DNA of 64,000 bases, taken from positions 43,054 through 107,053 of IMG/VR virus record IMGVR_UViG_3300036790_000500. One strand, 5' to 3'. Source of the stretch: a virus. A model generated the notes under the pieces. That model did not search any database and was not told the origin of the DNA. It worked only from the letters and a program-made list of their open reading frames with translations. Positions 19,197 through 29,220 of this stretch are shown in pieces; the stretch's first letter is position 1; every line of letters begins with the position of its first letter. The translations under genes were made by a program, and so were the position numbers.

Positions 19197-21251
19197 ATGA
19201 GACTCAGTAAGACCGTCTTCACATCATCGATTTACCTTGATGGAGCAATTTCCACGGGACGTCGATACGAGGTCGCGAAGTACAACGCTAAACTCCTCGG
19301 CCTATCTGCGAATTCGATTGGAATTCCTCCGGGTCCATCGACCGTGGTCGTCGATGCCGTGTCGACAGGCACGCTGACGAGCCCCTCGTGGACCCATGCG
19401 TCGGTCGGCTTCAACCAAGCGTTCGTTGGGATGTCGCTCTCGGCCAGTTTCTACGAGGCGAAGGAACTCAACTACTACTTCTCCGGTACCGAGGTCCTGG
19501 AGCAGACCCCTGCTCCAGTGAGCGCCCAACTCTATTACTCGAAGCAGACCAAACTTCAGACAATCATCATCAAGCACACGGCGTCGTTCCTTGACACAGT
19601 TGTTCCGGTCGGCTCCCAGTTTTCCGGCGTCTTCAACACGTACACTCCAAGAAGTTTTTTTCCAGGAACCGGAACGCTCTGTTATCCGAATACGAACCCG
19701 AACTTCGGGTTGCCCGATGTCATCGGACCCACGAAGTTCTTCCTTAACGTGCCGCAGTCAGGCAAACTGGTCGACATTAAGGTCTGGATTGAGTTCGTTC
19801 AGGCGAGTGCTTCGGGGCTTATCGGAAACTCTCCGCTCGCTAACGTGGCCATCTCGCTTCGCAGTCCGAACGTGAGTTGGAACGGCGCTCTCGGTTTTGG
19901 CCACGCGCATCCCATTCTGAACAATTCGACGCTCATAAACCAAATCGGTAATTTAAACGGGGTTGTCTTTCCTAACGCTGAACTCTATGCGAATTCGTTT
20001 CTGCTGTGGGAGGGAAGGAACCAGACCCCCTCGGCTCCCTTCGGTCTTATAAACTGGCCGGGCGGCGGCCGCGTCTCAGACCTTCCGACATGGGATTACG
20101 ACCGCGGAATGCGCGTCGTCTTCTCCGATGGAGGGATTAACAATCCGCGACGACTAACTCTTGATGTCTCCACTTCAGGAAACTTCGTTGGTTCGCCGAA
20201 CTCATCCGGAAGCACTGTGACCGGCAGCGCGTGGGGCGCCGGTGTCCCCTGGACGTCTGATGTGACCGCCGTATCCGCTAGTCACACCGCCTCGGGCTCA
20301 CCGCCACCCGGCTGGCTGACGGGACCGGGCGGAGTCGCGAGCGTCAATGAGTGGCCGACGACGGGAGTCAATTACGGTGCGAACTACCTGCAACCGGTGT
20401 ACCCGCTTCTTGACCCCATTCTCGTGAAAAAGAGAATGACGGGAGTAGGATTCTCGTATGATGACACCGGAAATTACGCAAATCCCCAGGTTTCCATGGC
20501 TCAAATTCCGACGCCGTCGGCGTGGCTGGGTGCTCGCCCCGGGCTAAGGGGTTCAGAAATTAGCGGCACTTGGGTGTTGATGTTTTCCGAGATTGGCTAT
20601 GCATGGTACGATGGAAATTGGGCCGCCACAGGAACGATTTTCTTCCGTCAGGCTCGCCTCGAGATTACGTACGAGACACCGCAGTGGACGGCCCCGGCAC
20701 GCGTTAGACGCACCAGTGCCGGAGCCCAAGCGATTGGAGAAACGTCGTATAAGTACGAAATCTCTGGGACTGACACGATTTGCTGTAATTTTTTTGACTT
20801 GCAATACGAATATCCGTTTAATCCGATTGGCGGCTACTTTACCAGTAAGACCGTGACGGAGGTCTGGGTGAATCCGCCGCCGCTGGCTCAGGTCGGGCGA
20901 ACGTTCGGGGTCACATACAACACTGGGTCTACAGGCGCCGGCGCGAACTGGGCCTTGCTCTATCGCTTGAGCGGCACGCTTGCGGGAATCTCCGGGTCCG
21001 TTCCAGGATGGCTTACGAACGCCGACCCGTCCGGCATGCCTAGCATTCCAGTGTCGTCCGCCTCCCTGGCTCCGCCGTCGAACTCATCGAGCATCGACTC
21101 GAGCCTGGTCGCAAGCGCTGCCACTTTCATCTCCCCTCCGAAGACCCTCGATGGCGCTCGAAGCCTGTCCCTGGTCGCGCAGGACATCAATCCCACCAAG
21201 TCGCTGCCCCAGTTGGCCGTCGACTTCGTCTCCGGAACGACCGGGGGCTGA
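19197..21251 (+). CDS. Putative tail appendage/receptor-binding protein with an interrupted proprotein-convertase P-domain-like fold
   Basis: VPQSGKLVDIKVWIEF...ISLRSPN followed much later by GSEISGTWVL...ARLEITY. ATG at 19197 preferred. Locally lower GC. Confidence 0.55.
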   Translation: MRLSKTVFTSSIYLDGAISTGRRYEVAKYNAKLLGLSANSIGIPPGPSTVVVDAVSTGTLTSPSWTHASVGFNQAFVGMSLSASFYEAKELNYYFSGTEVLEQTPAPVSAQLYYSKQTKLQTIIIKHTASFLDTVVPVGSQFSGVFNTYTPRSFFPGTGTLCYPNTNPNFGLPDVIGPTKFFLNVPQSGKLVDIKVWIEFVQASASGLIGNSPLANVAISLRSPNVSWNGALGFGHAHPILNNSTLINQIGNLNGVVFPNAELYANSFLLWEGRNQTPSAPFGLINWPGGGRVSDLPTWDYDRGMRVVFSDGGINNPRRLTLDVSTSGNFVGSPNSSGSTVTGSAWGAGVPWTSDVTAVSASHTASGSPPPGWLTGPGGVASVNEWPTTGVNYGANYLQPVYPLLDPILVKKRMTGVGFSYDDTGNYANPQVSMAQIPTPSAWLGARPGLRGSEISGTWVLMFSEIGYAWYDGNWAATGTIFFRQARLEITYETPQWTAPARVRRTSAGAQAIGETSYKYEISGTDTICCNFFDLQYEYPFNPIGGYFTSKTVTEVWVNPPPLAQVGRTFGVTYNTGSTGAGANWALLYRLSGTLAGISGSVPGWLTNADPSGMPSIPVSSASLAPPSNSSSIDSSLVASAATFISPPKTLDGARSLSLVAQDINPTKSLPQLAVDFVSGTTGG

Positions 21252-21281
21252 GATTGTCTTCCGATGCAACTAATTGATTGA

Positions 21282-21908
21282 ATGGGGTTCCTGGATAAGA
21301 AGAGCCGGGTGATTGACGTCGCGCTCACCGAGCGCGGACGGGAACTCTATGCCCTTGGGCAACTCGATTTCGCTTACTTCGGGCTCTTTGATGACGGCAT
21401 CGATTACGACCCCTGGACCACCGGCAGTTTCTCTGACACTGACATTCAAGAGCAAATCGAGGCATTTCCGATGCTCGAGGCCCCGCTCGTGCGGGACGTC
21501 CGAGGCGCCACGGCTCCCCTCGAGCCCATCGACCACCTCTTCACAGCCGCGGCCGGGTACACCGAGATACCGTACATGGACAACCCCCTGGACGGCTCCA
21601 CAGTGAGTCTACAGGCCGACCAGCGGGGGAGTGCCGGCACATACCGGAGGACCGGCACGAGCCTCGCTCAGATAAGCATGCACATCAACGGCGAGGTCGA
21701 GGCAGGGAACCCCGGTTACCTCGTTCGCGTCTACGCCAGCGGCTCCACCGGCATCCAGGCGCTCGACCTTCGATGGGACCTGACCGGTCGTCGCTCCTAT
21801 GACCCTTTCATCGCGGTCGTCGTTGACGATGAGAGGTCCGTCGACGTCGCCACCGTCGCGAATCCGAGTTCACGCCGAGCCTTCGTTTCACCGAGAATCA
21901 AGCGATGA
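21282..21908 (+). CDS. Baseplate/tail-collar-like structural protein (N-half motif)
   Basis: MGFLDK...IDVALTERGRELYA.G...YFGLFDDGIDY; paralog of 28300-29013. Confidence 0.65.
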   Translation: MGFLDKKSRVIDVALTERGRELYALGQLDFAYFGLFDDGIDYDPWTTGSFSDTDIQEQIEAFPMLEAPLVRDVRGATAPLEPIDHLFTAAAGYTEIPYMDNPLDGSTVSLQADQRGSAGTYRRTGTSLAQISMHINGEVEAGNPGYLVRVYASGSTGIQALDLRWDLTGRRSYDPFIAVVVDDERSVDVATVANPSSRRAFVSPRIKR

Positions 21909-24625
21909 TTACGAAGTTGCCGGCCGGCGTTCCCGGTGTTCCCTCCGCGACGGCTTTGAAGACCGCCGTTGGAGCGCTCGCGTCGAACGCCGTCGCGGAG
22001 GTCTCGGCGATTCGCAATGCGTTCACGACGAGGGTCTCGCCCGTCCTGACGGTGGGCTCGGGCTCGGTCTCCACGTTTTTGGGAGCGCTTTCGGTTCGGG
22101 TCAGCAGCACGCTCGCCACGAACATTATCAACTCGACGGCCGACATGGGCGTCGCCTCCTCACCCGTCGGCAGTATCGTTTCCCCGCCCGCGCCTGAACT
22201 CGATTTCGTGCGCATCGGTAACGGACAGAAGCGCGGTCGAGGCACCCTCGATTCGTTCTATGCGAAGGTCGTGGTCTCACTGACCCAGGCCGACGCCGCC
22301 GAGGCCTCGTACGTTCGCATCCTGCGAGCCAGCAACGGAGTCTTGTCGAGCGCGCCGTCTCCCGGCTTCTCGGCGATGATTGACGCGATGCCGGCCACGG
22401 TGTCTCGCAAGAACACTGACTGCGTTGCGCAGACGGCCTTTCGTGCCGCTGCCGTCGGCGTCGGTAATAGACTGACAACGGCGGTTCACGACGATGTATT
22501 CACGGGGACACGCGTCGTAGTCGCCTCCGCTAGCCTCCGCCCGCTTCCCACCCCGGTGAATACGAATAGGACGACGAGCAGTCCGGCCGGCCTGGTCACG
22601 CTGGCGAACGCCGACCGAAGCGTTCTCGAGAACGTCACTTTCTATGTGAACCAGCGCTCATCGACCATTCCGGGCCAGTTGCAACTCCCGCTTCAGGTAG
22701 TCAGCAAGCAGGGCATGAACGTCCTACAGGGGTCCGGCGTCTCGTCGGCCTCACCGATTGTGCAGGCCTCCAACGCAGCGGGCTTCGCTGAGGTCGCTCG
22801 TCTCACGGTGGCCAATCGCCCGACCGTCGGCGGCTACGTGGAACTCGAGTGGACCGACGGGGCGGTGACATACGGCTCCAGTTACAGTTACTACGCCGTC
22901 GTTGGCAACTCGCTCGGTCTCGAGGGGCCGCGCTCCCGCATCATCAAGGCGGACGTGATTCGCGTCGTGCCTCCCAAGGCGCCCGTGACCCTGTTCTCCG
23001 TCATCTCGGATGAGCCGAGGTTCTCACTGGTCTGCTCGGGTTCGTTCCTCGACCACATCGAGGTGTTTCGTCGGGGCGGAAAGCCGCCCCAGACCGTCCC
23101 CCTTCTGAACACCGCGCAGGCGGCCTTTGATGAGGGTCCGCCAGTCACGACGGACTCAGGGTATTACCACATCGGTGACGTCGGCTTGGGAATCGACCGC
23201 TCGGCTGTGTACGTCGACACGGACGTCCTCGCCGGTCAGGCCTACGACTATCGCATCTTCACCGTCGATTCGTTCGGGTTCAAGTCATCGACCCCGTTCT
23301 CATGCTCAATCACCCTGCCGGACTACGGCTCCCGTGCCCCCTTGGCCCTGCCGGCGATTACCGCGGAGCAGTCACAGGGAGGCGAGGCCGTGACAGTGAC
23401 GCTCGCCGCAGACGACGACCGTGTGACGTCCTTCATTGTCTCGCGAATCGAATGTAAGACGCATGAGGAAGCCTTTCGGTCACCGACCACGCCCTCGTAC
23501 TTCACCCTAGGAACCCCAAGGAGCGCCAAGCGCTTTCGTTCACGCAGCGGTCCGTCCCTCGACCGAAACTCGTCGAAGGCCTGGACCGGAGTTCTTACGG
23601 CCGTCTCGGGAGCGGCACAGTTCGTCGACCAAGCCGTGACATTCGACCGCGTCTATCAGTACGCTGTGAAGTCCGTCGACGTCCGCGGCAACACGACAAC
23701 GTCCGTGCTCTCCGCGCCGGTGATGGTCGCCGTTAAGCCGGTCTCCGACAGCCCCGTCGCTGTGACCGCCGCAGTCGTCCTCGAACCGACGACCGGTGCA
23801 CCGACGGCCGTGACCGTTGCATGGGGCGCGGGCACGAACGACTTCTCGCCGAATGACCTAATCGGAGACCAGGACGTGTTGGCGTCCACGGCCCAACGCT
23901 CCGTCTATCAGGTGGAGCGCCGTGCCATCGGCGCCAGCAAGTGGGAGGTCATGCCGGCGACGACCGACCTGAGTTTCTCTGACCCTGTTTCGACCGCGCC
24001 AGCGCCTAAGTTTCGGCCGCCGTACGCCGCCGTTAACCTCGAGTACGACTACCGCGTCATCGCGATGCAGAGTGGAGCGTACCTGAGCACCTATACCGAC
24101 CCGGTTCGAATCGTTGTGGCACCCGGAATCACTGCGCCTCCAATTCTGTATGTGAGGTCCACGCCGAGTTCGGTTCGACCGGTTGTACTCGCAGTCTCTT
24201 GGAGGTATGACGGTCAGTTCGTCGACCAATGGGAGATTCAGCGTGCCGTTACGAACAAAATCTACGGCTCTAAAATATTCTCCATGGCGTCAGCCGATGC
24301 CCAGTCCCTTGACTACCAGTGGTTTGCCACCGTTCCTCGTGAAGCGAGCCAGGGAGTGGGGGTGAGCGCCGAAGCGGTCCCGTTGCCAACGACCGTTGTT
24401 CCGGGAAACAGGTTCGTTCTTGACCCCTGGGTGTCGCTCGCGAACTCATACTTCTATCGAGTGCGCGCTCTCGACGCGAACGGAAACCCGTCCGCGTGGA
24501 CGTACGGCGGAATCCAACTCACGGACTCTCCGTTCGATAGGAAGTTCATGAGTTCCCTCACGGCGGCTCAGAAGTCCTCGATGGCCACCGACCCCCGACC
24601 TGTCTCCGACTGGAAGGAAGCATGA
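21905..24625 (+). CDS. Large virion protein with multiple FN3-like domains
   Basis: Repeated D..V....Y.Y.V.A/SVD motifs (YSYYAVV, YDYRIFTVD, YQYAVKSVD, YDYRVIAM, YFYRVRALD). Confidence 0.7.
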   Translation: MITKLPAGVPGVPSATALKTAVGALASNAVAEVSAIRNAFTTRVSPVLTVGSGSVSTFLGALSVRVSSTLATNIINSTADMGVASSPVGSIVSPPAPELDFVRIGNGQKRGRGTLDSFYAKVVVSLTQADAAEASYVRILRASNGVLSSAPSPGFSAMIDAMPATVSRKNTDCVAQTAFRAAAVGVGNRLTTAVHDDVFTGTRVVVASASLRPLPTPVNTNRTTSSPAGLVTLANADRSVLENVTFYVNQRSSTIPGQLQLPLQVVSKQGMNVLQGSGVSSASPIVQASNAAGFAEVARLTVANRPTVGGYVELEWTDGAVTYGSSYSYYAVVGNSLGLEGPRSRIIKADVIRVVPPKAPVTLFSVISDEPRFSLVCSGSFLDHIEVFRRGGKPPQTVPLLNTAQAAFDEGPPVTTDSGYYHIGDVGLGIDRSAVYVDTDVLAGQAYDYRIFTVDSFGFKSSTPFSCSITLPDYGSRAPLALPAITAEQSQGGEAVTVTLAADDDRVTSFIVSRIECKTHEEAFRSPTTPSYFTLGTPRSAKRFRSRSGPSLDRNSSKAWTGVLTAVSGAAQFVDQAVTFDRVYQYAVKSVDVRGNTTTSVLSAPVMVAVKPVSDSPVAVTAAVVLEPTTGAPTAVTVAWGAGTNDFSPNDLIGDQDVLASTAQRSVYQVERRAIGASKWEVMPATTDLSFSDPVSTAPAPKFRPPYAAVNLEYDYRVIAMQSGAYLSTYTDPVRIVVAPGITAPPILYVRSTPSSVRPVVLAVSWRYDGQFVDQWEIQRAVTNKIYGSKIFSMASADAQSLDYQWFATVPREASQGVGVSAEAVPLPTTVVPGNRFVLDPWVSLANSYFYRVRALDANGNPSAWTYGGIQLTDSPFDRKFMSSLTAAQKSSMATDPRPVSDWKEA

Positions 24626-26460
24626 CCACTTTCATCGGAAAGGGGTCTGCCACCGACTCACAAGTCACGACTTCAGCGGGAACGGTCGGTTCAACCTTTG
24701 GAAACCGTCCGCCGGCCGGCCCGGTCTTCACGGCCACGGCGACCTCCGAGAACGTCACCCAGCAACTCGCAGACGTTCTCAAGGGCCTCGGTGACAACGG
24801 CTCGGACCTCGTCGTAAACGCGTACCTCTCCTCGTGCACGTTCGTGGCGCAGGCCCTGAACATCGATTGGAACGTGAACAGCGGAGCGACCGTTGGCCAG
24901 ACCGCAGACCTCATGCGGGCCGCGGTCGTCACACGCTTTCAGGAAGCCGCCCCCATCATCGCCGCTGCAGCGAGCCAGGGATACGTGTTGCCGGCCGACC
25001 CAACGCCGACGTTCAATGCCATCAACGCGACGCGGGCCCTCTTCGCTCAGTTGACGATTAGTGACGACGTGTCCACTCAACTCAGCGAGGCGGCCATTGG
25101 CCTCAGCCAGGTCGTGGCGGCCTATCAGGCCGGAACGATAACGTTCAATCGGAGCCAACCGGCCGCACAATTATCTTCGTTTGAGGTCTCAGTCGATGGA
25201 ATGACTTCGCCGTCCGGTGACGCGCTCGCCGACGTACTGGGATACCAGCCCGATGCTAACATCGTGAAGCAGCAGGCCGCCCTGTCGTCACTCGCCGGAC
25301 TCGACTTCAGTAAGCGCCAGCCGTACCTGCTCTTTACCGCCGATGTCATCACGAACGGAAAGAGACAGAATGGAACAATCGTTGCCTGGCAGGTGATGCA
25401 TGACGCGTCTGCCTACAGCGTCGTTCGCACCGACGTCTTCGGTCAGGTCACGTACCCCGCGATTACGCTGGCCAATGCGGACGTCCAGGCCTCGACGGCC
25501 CAGTTGCTAACCGACAACAACTTTCAACAGGTCCTCTCGTATTACGACTGGATTACGCCGTCGAACGTCTATGCGTTCGTCGATAGCGGCACGATGCCGA
25601 ACACGCTCTACTCGTATACCGTAACGGGCCTGCAAGCGATTGCACCCTCGTCCCCGTTCCTGTTCAACGTTCCCATGAGCGCTCTCTACTTGTCCGCCGC
25701 CCAGGCGGCCCAGGTCCAGGCCCTGATAGCGGCCGACCTGACGGAGTTCGCTGACTCGGGTTCAATCAATTCCGTTAGTCCGTATCCGGCCCTCGCCCAG
25801 GCGGTGTATGGCGATTCCAGTCTGGGTTGGATTCTGGCGGGAGTAAACGTGCAGGCCAGCCAGACCCGCGGCGACGACTACGACGCGACCCTCCTGTTGA
25901 CGTACATGGGTGCCCAGGCCACGGACATAATCCAAGAGGCCGCGGCCGGCCGCCTGTTCGTCCCGAACGACATCAACTCCGTCCATGCGAACGTCGATGC
26001 CGCGATTTCCTCGTATGGGGTCTCCCAGACGCTCTTGGCGGTCTTGGATGCGACCGGCATGACGCTGTTCATTTCGGGTAAGGACGACCCATTGGGTTCG
26101 CAGCCGACCGTTGAGGCACTCGCGGACGCCACTGGCGGCCTCGCTAAGGTGCTGTCAGCCATCGACCCGCAGACGGCCACATTGGACCCACAGGTCTTGG
26201 CTGCGGCCCTATCCGTTCCCACCACTGATTCCGCCGCTAAGTCCTATACTTTCCAGGAGGTTTCGTCCGGCGCGCCCACGGCCGTTCACACGTTCCAGTT
26301 CGGTGTGAACGCCGGGTCTTCGCCTCCAGTCGCGGTCGCTCCCTCTCTCTCTTCTGTTCTTGGAACGCAGACCATCGACCTTACGACCTACATTGGCATT
26401 TCCTCTCTGATGCAGTTGCTGAGGACCGTGTACGACTTCTATCCGGGGTCATTGACTTAA
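24622..26460 (+). CDS. Virion structural protein (one FN3-like motif)
   Basis: FVDSGTMPNTLYSYTVTG; A/S/T-rich; ATGA overlap. Confidence 0.6.
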   Translation: MTTFIGKGSATDSQVTTSAGTVGSTFGNRPPAGPVFTATATSENVTQQLADVLKGLGDNGSDLVVNAYLSSCTFVAQALNIDWNVNSGATVGQTADLMRAAVVTRFQEAAPIIAAAASQGYVLPADPTPTFNAINATRALFAQLTISDDVSTQLSEAAIGLSQVVAAYQAGTITFNRSQPAAQLSSFEVSVDGMTSPSGDALADVLGYQPDANIVKQQAALSSLAGLDFSKRQPYLLFTADVITNGKRQNGTIVAWQVMHDASAYSVVRTDVFGQVTYPAITLANADVQASTAQLLTDNNFQQVLSYYDWITPSNVYAFVDSGTMPNTLYSYTVTGLQAIAPSSPFLFNVPMSALYLSAAQAAQVQALIAADLTEFADSGSINSVSPYPALAQAVYGDSSLGWILAGVNVQASQTRGDDYDATLLLTYMGAQATDIIQEAAAGRLFVPNDINSVHANVDAAISSYGVSQTLLAVLDATGMTLFISGKDDPLGSQPTVEALADATGGLAKVLSAIDPQTATLDPQVLAAALSVPTTDSAAKSYTFQEVSSGAPTAVHTFQFGVNAGSSPPVAVAPSLSSVLGTQTIDLTTYIGISSLMQLLRTVYDFYPGSLT

Positions 26461-26461
26461 G

Positions 26462-28273
26462 ATGCCGCGCAAGTTCATACTGGGACTCGGGGCGCTCGCG
26501 CCGGCGGCCCTATCGGCCAACGTCGGTGGTGTGCAAGCCACGATTCTCACCGGTTCCATCCTCAATGGAATCACGAGCGTCCTCTCGACGAACAACTCCC
26601 AGATAGTCACGCAACTCGGCTCGAGCGCCGGCAATCAAACGCAAAATGCAGTCTCCTCCGAGAGCAGCACGACTGCCTATCACTCGACCCTGTTCGAGGA
26701 CTTCGGTGTGGAGGCGACGCCGACTTACAACTTCTATACGCCTGACGAACAGACCAATGCCCAGGCGAACCCCTCTGCGAGTCTCGCGGACCTTCCGCGT
26801 TACGTCACGGTGACATGGAACCCGACGCCGGTCCAACGCATCCTCACGCCGGCCGTGAAGGGAGTCCGCAGTTACGGGGGCCACGGTCCGGTGCTGCCCG
26901 CCATTCCCATCTCGACCGCGAAGAGGTCCGTGAGCAACGGCTACGTGTCCCCGGGAGCGGTGCAGGCGCTGCTCGTTCCACCCGTTCAGGCACCCACACC
27001 GCCGACTTTCAGTGAGGACCTCTTCCTCGCCGACCCGACCGCAGGTGGCCTCAGCGCGGCCGCGGCGATAGACAGCGGCTCACTCTACCACACGCCGGCG
27101 GTCACTCCACCGTCCCTACGCATCCGGGTCAACTTCGTCGACCCGTCCATCGCCGGTGCCCTCAATTCGAATCGAATCGCCGTTGCGACCGACCAGGTCC
27201 ACCTAACCTCCCTCGGTTCACTCTCGAAACTCATGGGAGGCCTCGAGGTCATCTCTGAGTTCAATCAGGACGTTCCCCTTAGGAACCCGATTCCGAAGTT
27301 TCCGACGCCGACCCAGACCCCGGGGCTGGCCTACGTCGGTTACGTCCTCGAGAGGTATACCCTAGACGTCAGCGGCTCCATGACGCTAACCAAGACCGTG
27401 GACCTCGACGACGCGACCGACGACAACTACGTCGATAGAGAGGTCACCTACGGTGCGAACTACACGTATCGGATTCGCACCGTGGTCCAGTGGACCCACG
27501 CGGCCAACGTGGACTTTCCGGGCTCCTCAAGCCTCGTGTTGCTCCCGGCGTTCGACACCTCGGCCGGCTCCAACGGCCAGCAGTCATCGTTCTACGCGGG
27601 TCAGTGGTCCGACTGGTCACGGGTCCAGGTGCTTGATACCTCAACTCCGTCCTATCCAGACGAGTTTACCGTTCGTCCGGTCTCACCGCTCGGACAGGTT
27701 CACGTCTCTTGGAAGATGCCCGCGGACCCACAGCAGGACCTCTCCTCCCTGTATCTCCTACGGGCAACTCTTGTCCGCGGTCGGCTCTCCGATTGGGTCC
27801 AGGTCGGCCAGTTCGTGCCCGGAAACGGGCTCTACGTCGATTCCCACGTGGCTCCCTTCGAGGAGAGCCACACGAGTTACGTGTACTCGATGTACTCGGT
27901 GAGTTACCACGGTGCCTTCTCGACCCTCTGTGAGAAAGTACAGGTCCGACTGACCGACCGATACAAGTACATCGGGGAGGAGCCGCTCGTCCTGCTCGGA
28001 CCGGCCGGGGACGACCCGTTCGACCCGGCCTCCGGAGCGGCCCCTCCGCCCGTGACTGAACTTGTTGCGGCCTCCCGAGCGGTCTTTTACGTCCGCGGAG
28101 CCAGCAGCACCCTTCCGCTCTTTGGAAGGACGTATACCGTTGAGATTCAATCGCTCTCGACAGGGGAGCGGGCCGAGGTGACCCTCGAGGTCGACACGAC
28201 GGACGTAGACCAAGTCCCCGCCCCGTCGACTCCGACTCCGGTCGTGGCCGTCGGGCGTTCGCCCTCCACCTAA
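26462..28273 (+). CDS. Virion structural protein with FN3-like domains
   Basis: YVDREVTYGANYTYRIRTV, VHVSWKMP and YVYSMYSV motifs. Confidence 0.65.
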   Translation: MPRKFILGLGALAPAALSANVGGVQATILTGSILNGITSVLSTNNSQIVTQLGSSAGNQTQNAVSSESSTTAYHSTLFEDFGVEATPTYNFYTPDEQTNAQANPSASLADLPRYVTVTWNPTPVQRILTPAVKGVRSYGGHGPVLPAIPISTAKRSVSNGYVSPGAVQALLVPPVQAPTPPTFSEDLFLADPTAGGLSAAAAIDSGSLYHTPAVTPPSLRIRVNFVDPSIAGALNSNRIAVATDQVHLTSLGSLSKLMGGLEVISEFNQDVPLRNPIPKFPTPTQTPGLAYVGYVLERYTLDVSGSMTLTKTVDLDDATDDNYVDREVTYGANYTYRIRTVVQWTHAANVDFPGSSSLVLLPAFDTSAGSNGQQSSFYAGQWSDWSRVQVLDTSTPSYPDEFTVRPVSPLGQVHVSWKMPADPQQDLSSLYLLRATLVRGRLSDWVQVGQFVPGNGLYVDSHVAPFEESHTSYVYSMYSVSYHGAFSTLCEKVQVRLTDRYKYIGEEPLVLLGPAGDDPFDPASGAAPPPVTELVAASRAVFYVRGASSTLPLFGRTYTVEIQSLSTGERAEVTLEVDTTDVDQVPAPSTPTPVVAVGRSPST

Positions 28274-28299
28274 GTACACTGACCAGACAGGGAGACACT

Positions 28300-29013
28300 G
28301 TGGGATACAACGACAACACTACCGACTTCTTCATCGATTCCTGCCTCACGGACCAGGGTCGACAACTGCTGGCACGCAACGACGGCAGTTTCTCAATCTC
28401 GAGGTTTCGCCTCGGTGACGACGAGGTGGACTATCGAAACTGGAACGAGTTGACCGGCTCGGACAACAAGGACCAGAAGATTCTCGATACCCCTGTCTTC
28501 GAGGCCTTCGCCAACGAAACAATCGCTCTGCGAAACCCGCTCGTGACGATTCGAAACGCCTCCCTTCAGTTCCTTCCCAGCATGGTAGCGAACCCGAGCC
28601 AGGCGGCCCTGAAGGACCGAACGGACGCGACCGGCGGCGGCGTGGCCGTCACGGTCTCGCAGCAGACCACGCAGTCCCAGGCGGTCATTCCGGCCGAACT
28701 CGTAGATTTCAGTTACATCGTGCAGGCCGACAACGACCTGATTTACGTGGCCGACGAGAGCCCCGTGGCCATCACGGCCTTCGGTGCGGCGCGGTACATC
28801 GTTCCAGCGGCGTCCGGCCAGTCCACCGCGGCCAACGGCTCCCAGTGCGTCTTCACCCTTCGCGTACAGACCCTGAACTCGAGCATCTTCGACATCCTGG
28901 CGGGCGCCTCGACGCCCCAGCCGCGGACCATCAATACGACGGTCACCGTGACCGGCCAGCAGAGCGGACTCAGCGCACAGATTCCGGTCAGCATCCTTGA
29001 GTTCGTGAGTTAA
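28300..29013 (+). CDS. Baseplate/tail-collar-like structural protein (N-half motif)
   Basis: MGYNDN...IDSCLTDQGRQLLA...ISRFRLGDDEVDY...TPVFEA. Confidence 0.7.
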   Translation: MGYNDNTTDFFIDSCLTDQGRQLLARNDGSFSISRFRLGDDEVDYRNWNELTGSDNKDQKILDTPVFEAFANETIALRNPLVTIRNASLQFLPSMVANPSQAALKDRTDATGGGVAVTVSQQTTQSQAVIPAELVDFSYIVQADNDLIYVADESPVAITAFGAARYIVPAASGQSTAANGSQCVFTLRVQTLNSSIFDILAGASTPQPRTINTTVTVTGQQSGLSAQIPVSILEFVS

Positions 29014-29016
29014 GGC

Positions 29017-29202
29017 ATGAAGGCTCGGACCTGCGAGACTTGTGGAACGGAGTATCCGGAGGGGGCCGGACTACACACCTGTTCCATGGAGTGCGGCATG
29101 GGACACCATGTTATTTACGCGAATCATTATGTTTTGACGAGAGTATTCGGGCTTGACCTCTCGCCAGGCAGTCTCAACGTTGCAGTTGAGGAAGTTGTCT
29201 AA
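29017..29202 (+). CDS. Small Cys/His-rich hypothetical protein
   Basis: CETC...HTCSMEC..GHH; 61 aa. Confidence 0.45.
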   Translation: MKARTCETCGTEYPEGAGLHTCSMECGMGHHVIYANHYVLTRVFGLDLSPGSLNVAVEEVV

Positions 29203-29220
29203 GCCTAGGAGATTATTACA

